This document shows positions 30,795-39,894 of a stretch of 64,000 bases of DNA, in pieces (the stretch's first letter is position 1; each line of letters opens with the position of its first letter). A program made the translations under genes and the position numbers. The notes under the pieces were generated by a model. It was not told where the DNA came from. It did no database searches and saw nothing but the letters and a program-made list of their open reading frames with translations. Origin of the DNA: a virus; IMG/VR virus record IMGVR_UViG_3300020470_003365, positions 3,622 to 67,621 of that record, one strand, 5' to 3'.

Positions 30795-33700
30795 ATGGCT
30801 GAAAATAGAGGTGTTTTTAGACTTAGAACTCTAAGAACAGAAAATGTACAAGGAGATGGAGTAGCAGTTACTGATGCTTGGGTTCCTCCTGCCCCCATAG
30901 CAACAGAAGATGCCTCCTATATGGTTGGTGGTCTGAGGAATGAGTATGACTCCACTAACAGTGCTTCTAATGTAAGTAGTGAGACATATAAGATTACATA
31001 TGCCACAAGCACGACTTCAAGATTGCCAGGATCTAATCTTAATAATCCAATGTATGGTGGACTGGGAATGTCCTCTCTTGTTGCTATGTATTCTGGAGGT
31101 GGTCCTAATGTACCTGGATTAAACCCTAACCAGACAAATGTTCGTAAATTAACTTATGCAACTGGAGCTTGGGCTCTTCTACCAGGTTCTAATGGACTTA
31201 AAGTTGAACCTAAACAATCTACTCAAGGAGTAGGTGATGGTATGAACTTTGGATATTATTTTGGTGGTGTGAATCAGATGGATGGTTCTTCAAGAACCAG
31301 TTATACCCAGAAATATACTTTTGCTTATGATACTTCAGAACGAATACCTGGTGCAAATCTTTCTTATGATTTTTATGGAGCAACAGCAGCAGGAAATCAG
31401 GAAAAAGCAATTGTAACGGGTGGGAATATTGGTTCTCCTTCTTCACTAAGCACAAAAATTAGTAAGTTAACATATTTAAATGAGACTATGGTGCAAGCAC
31501 CAGGTATTTACTTAGGTAATAGTAAGTATAAAGGAGATGGTGAAGCAGCAGCTGCGAATAATCAATATATCTGGTATGCAGGTGGTATGCAAATAGGGCC
31601 TCAAGGTGGTTCATTAATAGGTCAGACAACAGTGTCGAGACTTACTATGTCAATTGATTCGATTGAGTATAGTCTTCCATCTACTCAATTAACTTATGCG
31701 ACATTTAGACATGGTGGAGTAGATAATGGGTCTGATGGATATTTTGCAGGTGGAAATAGTTGGAATAATGCTGCACCTGCTGGACCTGGTGGCCCTTATA
31801 GTAGTGCTAATAAATTAACTTTTAGTAATGGTACTATGGCAGCAACGCCAGGTGCTAATTTGGGTCAAGCAACGTCTCTAATGCAGACTGCGGGCCCTAG
31901 ACAATACTCAACTCCAAGTCCTGCACCTGGTGGAGCTCCTTATAGATGGATAGATGATCTTGATCCTAAAACCTTAAATGTAGGATACTGGTCAGGTGGT
32001 GGAGGATCTCCATCTCAAACTAGTAGTACTGATCAGATAGATTTCAATTCTAATACTCGTTCAGCACTTCCTTCTAGTACGATGCCTAGAGATGGATCAA
32101 ATTATGCTGGTGTTCTTTCTGATACTACAAAAGTATTGGTAAGTGGTGGAGAACCAAGTGGTGGTAATAATGATTTTATTAAATTTACATATGCCACTAA
32201 AACTTATTCATTCCTTCCTGGTGCTTATCCTGGTGTAAAAAGAACAAGAAATAATGATAATAATAGTATAGTACAACCATCAGTGGGATATATTGTTGCT
32301 GGTCAAAATGATTCAGGTAATGTATTAATATCTAGTACTGATAAAATCACATTTGCTACAGATACAGCAACAACAGTTCCAGGAGCAAATTATTCTCATG
32401 CTGCAAATTATATAGCTTCATGGGGAGATGTTAATTTGGCACATGGATATGCTTATGGTGGAAATCGTGATGCTCCATCTAGTTCAAATGTAGCAGTATC
32501 AACGATCAATAAACTTACTTATGCTACTGAAACTGTATCAAACATTCCTGCAAATATAGGTACAAATCCTGGTTCTTTTATGCATTCATCAATGTCCAGT
32601 TCTACTCATGGATATATTATGGGTGGAAGATATTATCCTGGATCTAATGAAATACCTGGTGATGTAGAGAAGTTTAATTTTTCTACCGAGACTAGATCTA
32701 CGGTTCCACAACCAGGTCCAGCATATCGGGTCTATAGTGCTAATGCAACTGGCAATTCAACTGATGGATATTCTGGAGGTGGACAAGCTACTAATTACCC
32801 ACAAAGATATAGCACTGTTAGAAAATTGAGTTTTACAACTGAAACTTTTTCAGTTTTAGGTGAAGCTAGTAGTTTTTCTCCAGGTTCAGGTAGAAATAGA
32901 TCAGCTGCATTTAGTCAGATGTCAAATGGTAAACCTGTTCCAACTGCACCAACAGCAACACCAACTTCTCAAACTGTTCCTCTTCTTAGCCCTTCTGCTA
33001 CTAATACTGCTCTTACTGCGTTTGGTTACAATCCTAAAAGTGGTAGTAATCCGATGGCAATCTATAAAACTAATTTAGCTACTGATACCAATCAGGGAGA
33101 AGCAGCTACTCTATCGATAAGAAGATTTGAATATGCGTCAAATAGCACTGAGACAAATGGATACTTCCATGCAGGAAAAGATCCAGCAGGTAGTTATGCT
33201 CCAAATAGTGATAAAGTAAATTATGCGACTGATAGTAGATCTCAAATACCAGGTTTAATGGGTGGTACTACAGGTAACTGGAGAGGATTTGGTGCAACTG
33301 GTAATCCTACTCATGGATATTCTGCAGGTGGACTTAATTGGCCAAGTGGATATTCTACTCATTTCTTAAAAATGACCTGGTCGAGTGATTCTACACAACA
33401 AATACCAGCAACTCTTAATCAAGGAAGAATTTTTATAAATGCAACAGGTAATCGTGAAATAGGTTATTGGATAGGTGGAGAAGGAAATTCTCCAGCAGCT
33501 TTTAATACTACTGATAAAATGGTTTATTCTTCAGATACAGCATCAGTTTTACCTAGTATAACTGCAGGAAGATCTAAGGCAGGAGCCGTATCAGGAAGTC
33601 CTTATAGTGGATATCTTTTAGGTGGTGAAGATACTCCTTCTTCAAATACTAATTCTGGTTATAAAATTAATATGAGTAATGAAACAGGATCAGTTGTCCC

Positions 33701-33962
33701 ATCAATTTCTTTAAATGGACATCCAAGTTATATGAAATATTTTGCTCAAGCAAGTGGAAATACTACTGATGGTTATACTTTTGGTGGTGCTTCAAGTAAC
33801 CCTTCTGGTCATGATAACACTGGAGTTCAAAAATTGACTTATAGTTCAGAAACTGTTGCATATGCTCCTGGTGCAGCATTACCATTACCTTTAAGTGCTG
33901 GAGCTAGCACAACAGCAAGAGATCATTCAATTTCTCAAAATCCATCTCCAGTAAATCTTTAG
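30795..33962 (+). CDS. Kelch-like beta-propeller repeat protein 1 (probable virion/fibre accessory)
   Basis: About 50 aa repeats GY..GG...K(L/I)T(Y/F).TET...P, in three blocks separated by Pro/Thr linkers. Confidence 0.7.
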   Translation: MAENRGVFRLRTLRTENVQGDGVAVTDAWVPPAPIATEDASYMVGGLRNEYDSTNSASNVSSETYKITYATSTTSRLPGSNLNNPMYGGLGMSSLVAMYSGGGPNVPGLNPNQTNVRKLTYATGAWALLPGSNGLKVEPKQSTQGVGDGMNFGYYFGGVNQMDGSSRTSYTQKYTFAYDTSERIPGANLSYDFYGATAAGNQEKAIVTGGNIGSPSSLSTKISKLTYLNETMVQAPGIYLGNSKYKGDGEAAAANNQYIWYAGGMQIGPQGGSLIGQTTVSRLTMSIDSIEYSLPSTQLTYATFRHGGVDNGSDGYFAGGNSWNNAAPAGPGGPYSSANKLTFSNGTMAATPGANLGQATSLMQTAGPRQYSTPSPAPGGAPYRWIDDLDPKTLNVGYWSGGGGSPSQTSSTDQIDFNSNTRSALPSSTMPRDGSNYAGVLSDTTKVLVSGGEPSGGNNDFIKFTYATKTYSFLPGAYPGVKRTRNNDNNSIVQPSVGYIVAGQNDSGNVLISSTDKITFATDTATTVPGANYSHAANYIASWGDVNLAHGYAYGGNRDAPSSSNVAVSTINKLTYATETVSNIPANIGTNPGSFMHSSMSSSTHGYIMGGRYYPGSNEIPGDVEKFNFSTETRSTVPQPGPAYRVYSANATGNSTDGYSGGGQATNYPQRYSTVRKLSFTTETFSVLGEASSFSPGSGRNRSAAFSQMSNGKPVPTAPTATPTSQTVPLLSPSATNTALTAFGYNPKSGSNPMAIYKTNLATDTNQGEAATLSIRRFEYASNSTETNGYFHAGKDPAGSYAPNSDKVNYATDSRSQIPGLMGGTTGNWRGFGATGNPTHGYSAGGLNWPSGYSTHFLKMTWSSDSTQQIPATLNQGRIFINATGNREIGYWIGGEGNSPAAFNTTDKMVYSSDTASVLPSITAGRSKAGAVSGSPYSGYLLGGEDTPSSNTNSGYKINMSNETGSVVPSISLNGHPSYMKYFAQASGNTTDGYTFGGASSNPSGHDNTGVQKLTYSSETVAYAPGAALPLPLSAGASTTARDHSISQNPSPVNL

Positions 33963-33990
33963 TTGCATATTAGTGTAAGTATGTTATAAT
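33963..33990 (+). promoter_or_regulatory. Sigma70-type promoter for the GT2/GT4 genes
   Basis: TTGCAT-16 bp-TATAAT with an extended -10 TG. Confidence 0.6.
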
Positions 33991-34007
33991 ATAAAAAAAG
34001 ATAATTT

Positions 34008-34724
34008 ATGAGTGTCGTGATTGCCCTCCCAGCTCATGGGGGAATTGTAATGGAAAAAACAACTCTGGGGTTATTCAATCTCGGTAAACTTTTTTTGAGA
34101 AATAATATTGATCATGGATTATTAACACTTACTAATTCTTCCCTGATTACACAGGCAAGATCAAAATGTGCTAATTTCTTTATTAATAATACAGAGTTTG
34201 AATATTTGTTCTTTTTAGATAGTGATATAGGTTTTGAACCAACTGATGTAGTAAAGTTATTAAATTATAAATTGCCAATGGTATCTGGGACATATCCCAT
34301 GAAAACGATACCTATGAGATATTGTGTTAATGTTAAACAACCAGAAGAAAGAAAGGGAGATTTGCTTAAAATTGATGGGAATGGAATGGGATTTTGTTTG
34401 ATACATCGTAAAGTTTTTCTTGATGTTGCAAAAGCCCATCCTGAATTAAAATATACACCTGAACTGAAGGATAGTGATGTTCCTCCTACAGAGGCAGAAA
34501 TGGATAATTCATATCATTATTTTGCTGAATTGAAGAAAGGTGATGGATTTGTTGCGGAAGATAAAAGTTTCTTTGCAAGAGCTGAGGCAGTGGGTTATGA
34601 GATGTGGTTAGATACTAGTATTGCATTGAATCATTGTGGGTTTCATATTTACGAAGGTGCTGCTCAACCAACAGTAGAACCTGTACCTAAACCACTTCAA
34701 AAGTGGGGATACTATAACGGATAA
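34008..34724 (+). CDS. Glycosyltransferase, GT-A fold (GT2-like)
   Basis: SLITQARS, YLFFLDSDI (DxD), G.YPMK, GMGFCLIHR.VF, AED..F, WLDTSI.L.H.G. Confidence 0.8.
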   Translation: MSVVIALPAHGGIVMEKTTLGLFNLGKLFLRNNIDHGLLTLTNSSLITQARSKCANFFINNTEFEYLFFLDSDIGFEPTDVVKLLNYKLPMVSGTYPMKTIPMRYCVNVKQPEERKGDLLKIDGNGMGFCLIHRKVFLDVAKAHPELKYTPELKDSDVPPTEAEMDNSYHYFAELKKGDGFVAEDKSFFARAEAVGYEMWLDTSIALNHCGFHIYEGAAQPTVEPVPKPLQKWGYYNG

Positions 34725-34726
34725 TT

Positions 34727-36559
34727 ATGAAATCAGGAGCAACCGAGACATCATATATGTATTTACATGAGCATTATCAATTTCCTGATAATGTTTTTGT
34801 ATCTCATTTACCTGATCAGATAAAATTATCAGATCATGCATATAAAATTTTATGGGCTCATCATGCATACGATCAACATCTTTTCTATGAATTTGATCAT
34901 AATATAGTTAATCATATTGTATCTCCTTCGGAATGGAATAGACAGATGTTTATTCGATATCATAAGGTTCCAGAAGATAAGATTAGTGTAATTCCTAATG
35001 GAGTTGCTGAAATGTTTTCCTATTCAGATAAGAAGACAAAGAGTATGATTTATACTTCTATACCATATAAAGGTTTGGAAGTGCTTGCTAAAGTGATTCC
35101 TATTGTCCATAAAAAGCATCCTGATACTAAATTTAAGATATTTTCATCAATGTCTTTGTATGGTGATGATCAATTAGATACTTATATTGACACATATGAT
35201 TTACTTAAATCACTTTCTAATGTAGAATACTCAAGAGCAATCGATAGAGAAAACTTAGTAGAGCATTATCAAGAGGCTGCATTCTTTGTTCATCCTAATA
35301 AATGGGAAGAAACATTTTGTGTTTCAATGACCGAAGCAATGAGGTGTGGTGCATTTCCAATCATTACTGATATTGGAGCACTTGCTGAAGTCGCTGGTGA
35401 AAACAATGCACAAATAGTTCCCATAGAGGGAAACCCTACAAATAAAGGGTATGAGGTTACAGACAACTTCATAAATAACTTTGCTGAAACTTGTTGCTTG
35501 ATTTTAGATCATTATGATAAGGATAAGTCTTATCATAAACAAGTCTCAAAAAGAATTTCTGATTATGTTATTGAAAAATATAATTGGAAGACCATTTCCA
35601 ACCAATGGAAAACTTTAATACATAGCATTACTGGAGAATCAATTACTATGACTGAATCAAATGAAAACATTGTAGAAACAACTGCAAAGAAAGAAACTTC
35701 AATGTTGCCTTATGATCCAATTAATGCACATCAAGCAGTAACTGATGAAGATTATTTGCAGATTGCTTCTGAGAATGTTTTTAGGTGGGAGCAAAGTGAT
35801 AGAGAGATGGCTCAAGGAAGAACTAACTTCCAACTTGAGAAATTTATTGGTTTGAATACTCATAACCTATCTGTTACTTTTGAGCATATTTTGAAAGAAC
35901 GCAGAATTATGGCAAGTGGTTATATGCAGAAACTTATTGAAATGAAAGAAAGAGTTCGTGAGTTTGATTGGAAGTGGGCAAATCATGAGGATAAAACACA
36001 ACCTTTGATTTATGATGTTGGAACTGATGGTGGTAGAAAAAATCTTTGTTGGTATGATTTAGAGGAACTTAATCTTACACATTACTTAAGATCTAGTGAA
36101 CTTGAAATTCGTGATCGTCTTCATCAAATGGAGCATATGGATAAGATGATGGATAAGTTGGTGGAACAAAATGGTGGTGTACCTCCAAATAGAGCACAGT
36201 TCTTAGAAGAGAATGAGGAATATTGGGATACTCGTCTTGCAGAACAGGCTCTTGATGATCTTATGGCATCACGTACTGGTATTTCTATAGGTAACATTCA
36301 GGCAATGCGTCGTGCATCTGGCCCTGCTATTGTAGATCCTAAGAATGAATTGAAAGAAGGTTATCTTCCTATGGATACTTTGCTTACACAAGCAGGAAAA
36401 GATGAATTTGTAAAAGATCTTCAGAATAAGGTTCTTCGTGGATATGAGAAATTATCTGGTAAAAATCTTGGTGCAATAAAACCTGCAGAAGAGAAAAAGC
36501 AGATAGAAGGAGAAAAGAAAGGAGGTTATTATTCAACAGGTGAAGGATTTGGTCGTTAA
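34727..36559 (+). CDS. GT4-family glycosyltransferase fused to a helical C-terminal domain
   Basis: SPSEW, IPNGV, IYTS.PYKGL, HP..WEETFCVS..EAM.CG..PI.TD.GAL.E (EX7E). The last ~300 aa is an unrelated charged helical domain. Confidence 0.85.
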   Translation: MKSGATETSYMYLHEHYQFPDNVFVSHLPDQIKLSDHAYKILWAHHAYDQHLFYEFDHNIVNHIVSPSEWNRQMFIRYHKVPEDKISVIPNGVAEMFSYSDKKTKSMIYTSIPYKGLEVLAKVIPIVHKKHPDTKFKIFSSMSLYGDDQLDTYIDTYDLLKSLSNVEYSRAIDRENLVEHYQEAAFFVHPNKWEETFCVSMTEAMRCGAFPIITDIGALAEVAGENNAQIVPIEGNPTNKGYEVTDNFINNFAETCCLILDHYDKDKSYHKQVSKRISDYVIEKYNWKTISNQWKTLIHSITGESITMTESNENIVETTAKKETSMLPYDPINAHQAVTDEDYLQIASENVFRWEQSDREMAQGRTNFQLEKFIGLNTHNLSVTFEHILKERRIMASGYMQKLIEMKERVREFDWKWANHEDKTQPLIYDVGTDGGRKNLCWYDLEELNLTHYLRSSELEIRDRLHQMEHMDKMMDKLVEQNGGVPPNRAQFLEENEEYWDTRLAEQALDDLMASRTGISIGNIQAMRRASGPAIVDPKNELKEGYLPMDTLLTQAGKDEFVKDLQNKVLRGYEKLSGKNLGAIKPAEEKKQIEGEKKGGYYSTGEGFGR

Positions 36560-37101
36560 TGAAACAAAAAATCTTTGTTATTGATAATTTTATTGAATTT
36601 CCTATTGCATATTATGATAAAATTATTAAACCTGAATTTAGATTAAAGATAGAGGAGCAATATCCTGAGAGTAAAATCTTTCAGAATATATCCTCTATTC
36701 TTAAATCTGAGATTCAAGTATTAGAATGTAACGATCATATTCTAAAAGAAAATGATAGATACCCAATCTGTTGTCATCAGGGAAGTGATTATATTGGAGT
36801 TTTATATTTAAGTTTACCTCTTGTCAACTGGGGTGAGGTTGGTATTAAATTTTATTCTCATAAAGAAACTGGTCTTGATTCATTTCCAACTCAAGAACAA
36901 ATAAAAAAACATAATATTACTGATATATCTAAAACATTTGATTGTAATGCAAAGTATTGGAAAGAATATGGATCTATACCAATTAAACATAATAGATTGA
37001 TTCTATTTCGTAGTGATTTATGGCATTCTTATGGTAATGGATTTGGTTCAGATCTAAATACTTCTATGCTTTACAAGAAGATTATTATAAAAAATGGCTA
37101 G
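36559..37101 (+). CDS. DUF6445-like 2OG-Fe(II) oxygenase-fold protein with an HXG motif
   Basis: IFVIDNF, YIGVLYLS, G..FY.HK.TG, NRLILFRSDLWHS; paralog of 39229-39849 but HQG replaces HVD. Confidence 0.65.
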   Translation: MKQKIFVIDNFIEFPIAYYDKIIKPEFRLKIEEQYPESKIFQNISSILKSEIQVLECNDHILKENDRYPICCHQGSDYIGVLYLSLPLVNWGEVGIKFYSHKETGLDSFPTQEQIKKHNITDISKTFDCNAKYWKEYGSIPIKHNRLILFRSDLWHSYGNGFGSDLNTSMLYKKIIIKNG

Positions 37102-39208
37102 TACTACCAGAAACATTTTTACTTTAGGTGAGTATAATGATGCCACCATAGAAGGTGAAGGTGTGCCACTGCCTTCTGTTTGGGCTGGAGATACAAGATT
37201 TGTAGATGGTAAAGCAAAACTACCTTCTAATATGTATTTTACTGGAGGTAATGGGTATCAACCTGGATATCCATCAAGTCTTCCAGAAAAAACAACATAT
37301 GCTGATAAAATTGATATATCAACTGATACTAATTCTAGTGTACCAAGTGCTCAATTGCCATTTACTATAGGTGCAACTGACGATGGTTTCAATACTCCAT
37401 CAACTACTATATCATGGTATGCTGGAAATCAGAGAACTAGGGTTTATAAATTAACTTATTCCACTGAGTCGCAGTCGTCTAGTCCGAGTGGAACATTTGC
37501 AAATGGACCTGGTGGATCTGATGAATGGACGCAGAAGGCTGCAGTAGGAAATGATGAAACTGGTTATTTTGCTGGTGGAGATCAATCAAATGCTACTTCT
37601 GTAGTTCAAAAAATAGTTTTTTCTGAAGAGACTTTTTCCAATTTACCTTCAACTGCTAATTTGCCTGGTAATAGAACTAGGCAATCAAGTATTGGACATG
37701 AGACACGAGGTTATTTTGTAGGAGGATTTCCTACTACTGCAGACGCATCAAGAATGGAGTATAGTACTGATACTATGACTCAAATTGGAAATAGTAATAT
37801 GAGTTATTTCTCTATGGGTTCGACTGGAAATGATACTCATGCATATTTTGCTGGTGGTACATCAGGTCCACATAATGGTTTTACTGGTGGCGAAGTTCAA
37901 GCACAGAAATTGACATATGCAACTGAAACTTTTGCAGCGTCTCCAACCATATATGGTAGTTATAATTATAATCTACCCTCTTATTGGGGACCAGGAGAAA
38001 GAAGAGGGTTAGCTGGTTCGGGTGATAAACAATCTGGGTATTTTGCAGGTGGATTGTATCCTGCTCCTGGTACTCCAGGTGATATGAGAAGTTGGGTTGA
38101 TAAAATAAATTTTGCTACTGACACAGTTGAAAGAAGAAAAACTACTCTTCAAAATGCTAGAGCAGTTGGTCAGATGGGAACAGGTGCAAGAAAGAATGCA
38201 CTTGCGACATTTGATCCACCAACACCAACTCCAACGGATACTACTCCTCGACAGGAAGCAAAAGGAGGAGTTCCTAATTTTGGATACTGGGGTACTGGTT
38301 CTTATGATAATAATTCAAATAAATTAAATTATGCGACTGAAACTGTTACTGGTTTGGGTAATCTAAGTAAAGATCTTGCTGATGCTGCAGTGGTATCTAG
38401 TGATACTACTTGGTATCAAGCTGGTGGATATTCTCACCCAAGTTCTCCTGCAAGATGGTCTGGAACTGATAAGATAGTATATTCCACTGATACAAAAACT
38501 CTTAATTTCTTAAATATGCCATCAGCTAGAAATACTCCAAGTCATAATCATTTTGGTAGTAATAATATGACAGGATTTTCATATCCTGCTGGTGGAAAAG
38601 GATATTTCTCTGGTGGAAGTGATGGTTGGTTTGGTGGTAGATCTATTACCACTAAACTTACTTATTCATCTGAAACTTATTCAGACATGCCATCAGCAAA
38701 TGTACCACATGCAAGATCAGATGCATTTGGTAGATCTAGCACAACAGCAGGATACCGTGGTGGTGGTGCAGATGCTCCTAGTCCATCTAATGTTTCAAAT
38801 ACTTCAAAATTAACTTTTTCTAATGAAACATGGTCACTCATACCAGGAGCAAAATTAGAATTAGGGCCTAGTCAACCAATGCGTGGAGCATCAGCAGGAA
38901 ATATTAATGATGCATATTGGATGGGAACAAATGATAATACTTCTATAACAAATAAGTTTAATTATAGTACCGAAACTATTTCAATAGGAGGTAATCTGAC
39001 AAGAGGTGAAGGAGACTGGGCTGCATCTGGTAATGTTACAAATGCATTTATGTCAGGTGGTGATCATACCAGTTATATGAAATATATTTATTCTACTGAT
39101 ACTACTTCAGAATCTCCTGCAAATATGACTTTCACTGCTATTTACAATACAGCAGGATCTGCACAAGATGATACTAATGGTATGGTAAGTGTACCATATG
39201 TTGTTTAA
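37094..39208 (+). CDS. Kelch-like beta-propeller repeat protein 2
   Basis: Same GY..GG...K.(T/V)(Y/F)STET repeats; two blocks joined by a PPTPTPTDTTP linker. Confidence 0.7.
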   Translation: MASTTRNIFTLGEYNDATIEGEGVPLPSVWAGDTRFVDGKAKLPSNMYFTGGNGYQPGYPSSLPEKTTYADKIDISTDTNSSVPSAQLPFTIGATDDGFNTPSTTISWYAGNQRTRVYKLTYSTESQSSSPSGTFANGPGGSDEWTQKAAVGNDETGYFAGGDQSNATSVVQKIVFSEETFSNLPSTANLPGNRTRQSSIGHETRGYFVGGFPTTADASRMEYSTDTMTQIGNSNMSYFSMGSTGNDTHAYFAGGTSGPHNGFTGGEVQAQKLTYATETFAASPTIYGSYNYNLPSYWGPGERRGLAGSGDKQSGYFAGGLYPAPGTPGDMRSWVDKINFATDTVERRKTTLQNARAVGQMGTGARKNALATFDPPTPTPTDTTPRQEAKGGVPNFGYWGTGSYDNNSNKLNYATETVTGLGNLSKDLADAAVVSSDTTWYQAGGYSHPSSPARWSGTDKIVYSTDTKTLNFLNMPSARNTPSHNHFGSNNMTGFSYPAGGKGYFSGGSDGWFGGRSITTKLTYSSETYSDMPSANVPHARSDAFGRSSTTAGYRGGGADAPSPSNVSNTSKLTFSNETWSLIPGAKLELGPSQPMRGASAGNINDAYWMGTNDNTSITNKFNYSTETISIGGNLTRGEGDWAASGNVTNAFMSGGDHTSYMKYIYSTDTTSESPANMTFTAIYNTAGSAQDDTNGMVSVPYVV

Positions 39209-39236
39209 TATGATATAATGATTTTATTATGAAACA
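39203..39236 (+). repeat. 34 bp gene-junction repeat with extended -10 promoter (copy 1)
   Basis: gtttaatatgatataatgattttattatgaaaca: stop codon, TGnTATAAT (39211-39219), then ATG; 33/34 identical to 42892-42925. Confidence 0.85.
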
Positions 39237-39849
39237 AAATATTATTGTTATTGATGATTTTCATCATAATGCTGAAGAAGTCCGTCAATTTGCATTAAAT
39301 GCTGGATATCCACCTCCAAGTGACGGATACACATATCCTGGTAGAAATTCTGAAAGAGCATATTATCCAAAAGAATTGCACCAGAAATTTGAAGATGTAT
39401 TAAATAAAAAGTTAATTCCTGCTAAACCTAATGGATATTTTAGGTTGTCGTTAGAGAAGGATAGTTTTAAGCAGGATATTCATGTAGATCCATCTTGGGA
39501 ATATGGTGCAGTATGCTATATGAATACACCAGAACAATGTATTGATGAAGGCGGTACATCATTTTGGGTTCATAACAAAACCAATATGGATTACATTTCT
39601 ATGAATCCAAAAGAATCTGAAAATGTTTATGGATATGGAAGTTTAAAAGAACAATGGCATAGTACTGTATATGGAGGTGGTCTTGATAGATCTCAGTGGA
39701 CAAGATATTTTTTATCTGCAATGAAGTTTAATAGGATAGTAATATTCAGAGCTGACATGTGGCATTCTCATAATTATAATTTTGGAGACTGTCTTGAAAA
39801 TGGAAGAATTGTTCAATTATTCTTTTTTAATCCTATAGACTGGGATTAG
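39229..39849 (+). CDS. DUF6445-like 2OG-Fe(II) oxygenase
   Basis: IIVIDDFH.NAEEVRQFAL, YPGRNS, IHVD, GGTSFWVH, FNRIVIFRADMWHS, GR..QLFF. Confidence 0.8.
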   Translation: MKQNIIVIDDFHHNAEEVRQFALNAGYPPPSDGYTYPGRNSERAYYPKELHQKFEDVLNKKLIPAKPNGYFRLSLEKDSFKQDIHVDPSWEYGAVCYMNTPEQCIDEGGTSFWVHNKTNMDYISMNPKESENVYGYGSLKEQWHSTVYGGGLDRSQWTRYFLSAMKFNRIVIFRADMWHSHNYNFGDCLENGRIVQLFFFNPIDWD

Positions 39850-39852
39850 TTC

Positions 39853-39858
39853 TAAATA
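39853..39858 (+). promoter_or_regulatory. Late promoter box TAAATA
   Basis: Upstream of propeller gene 3. Confidence 0.6.
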
Positions 39859-39894
39859 CATATAGTAATTTAGAGTAGTAATAACTCTTTAGAT

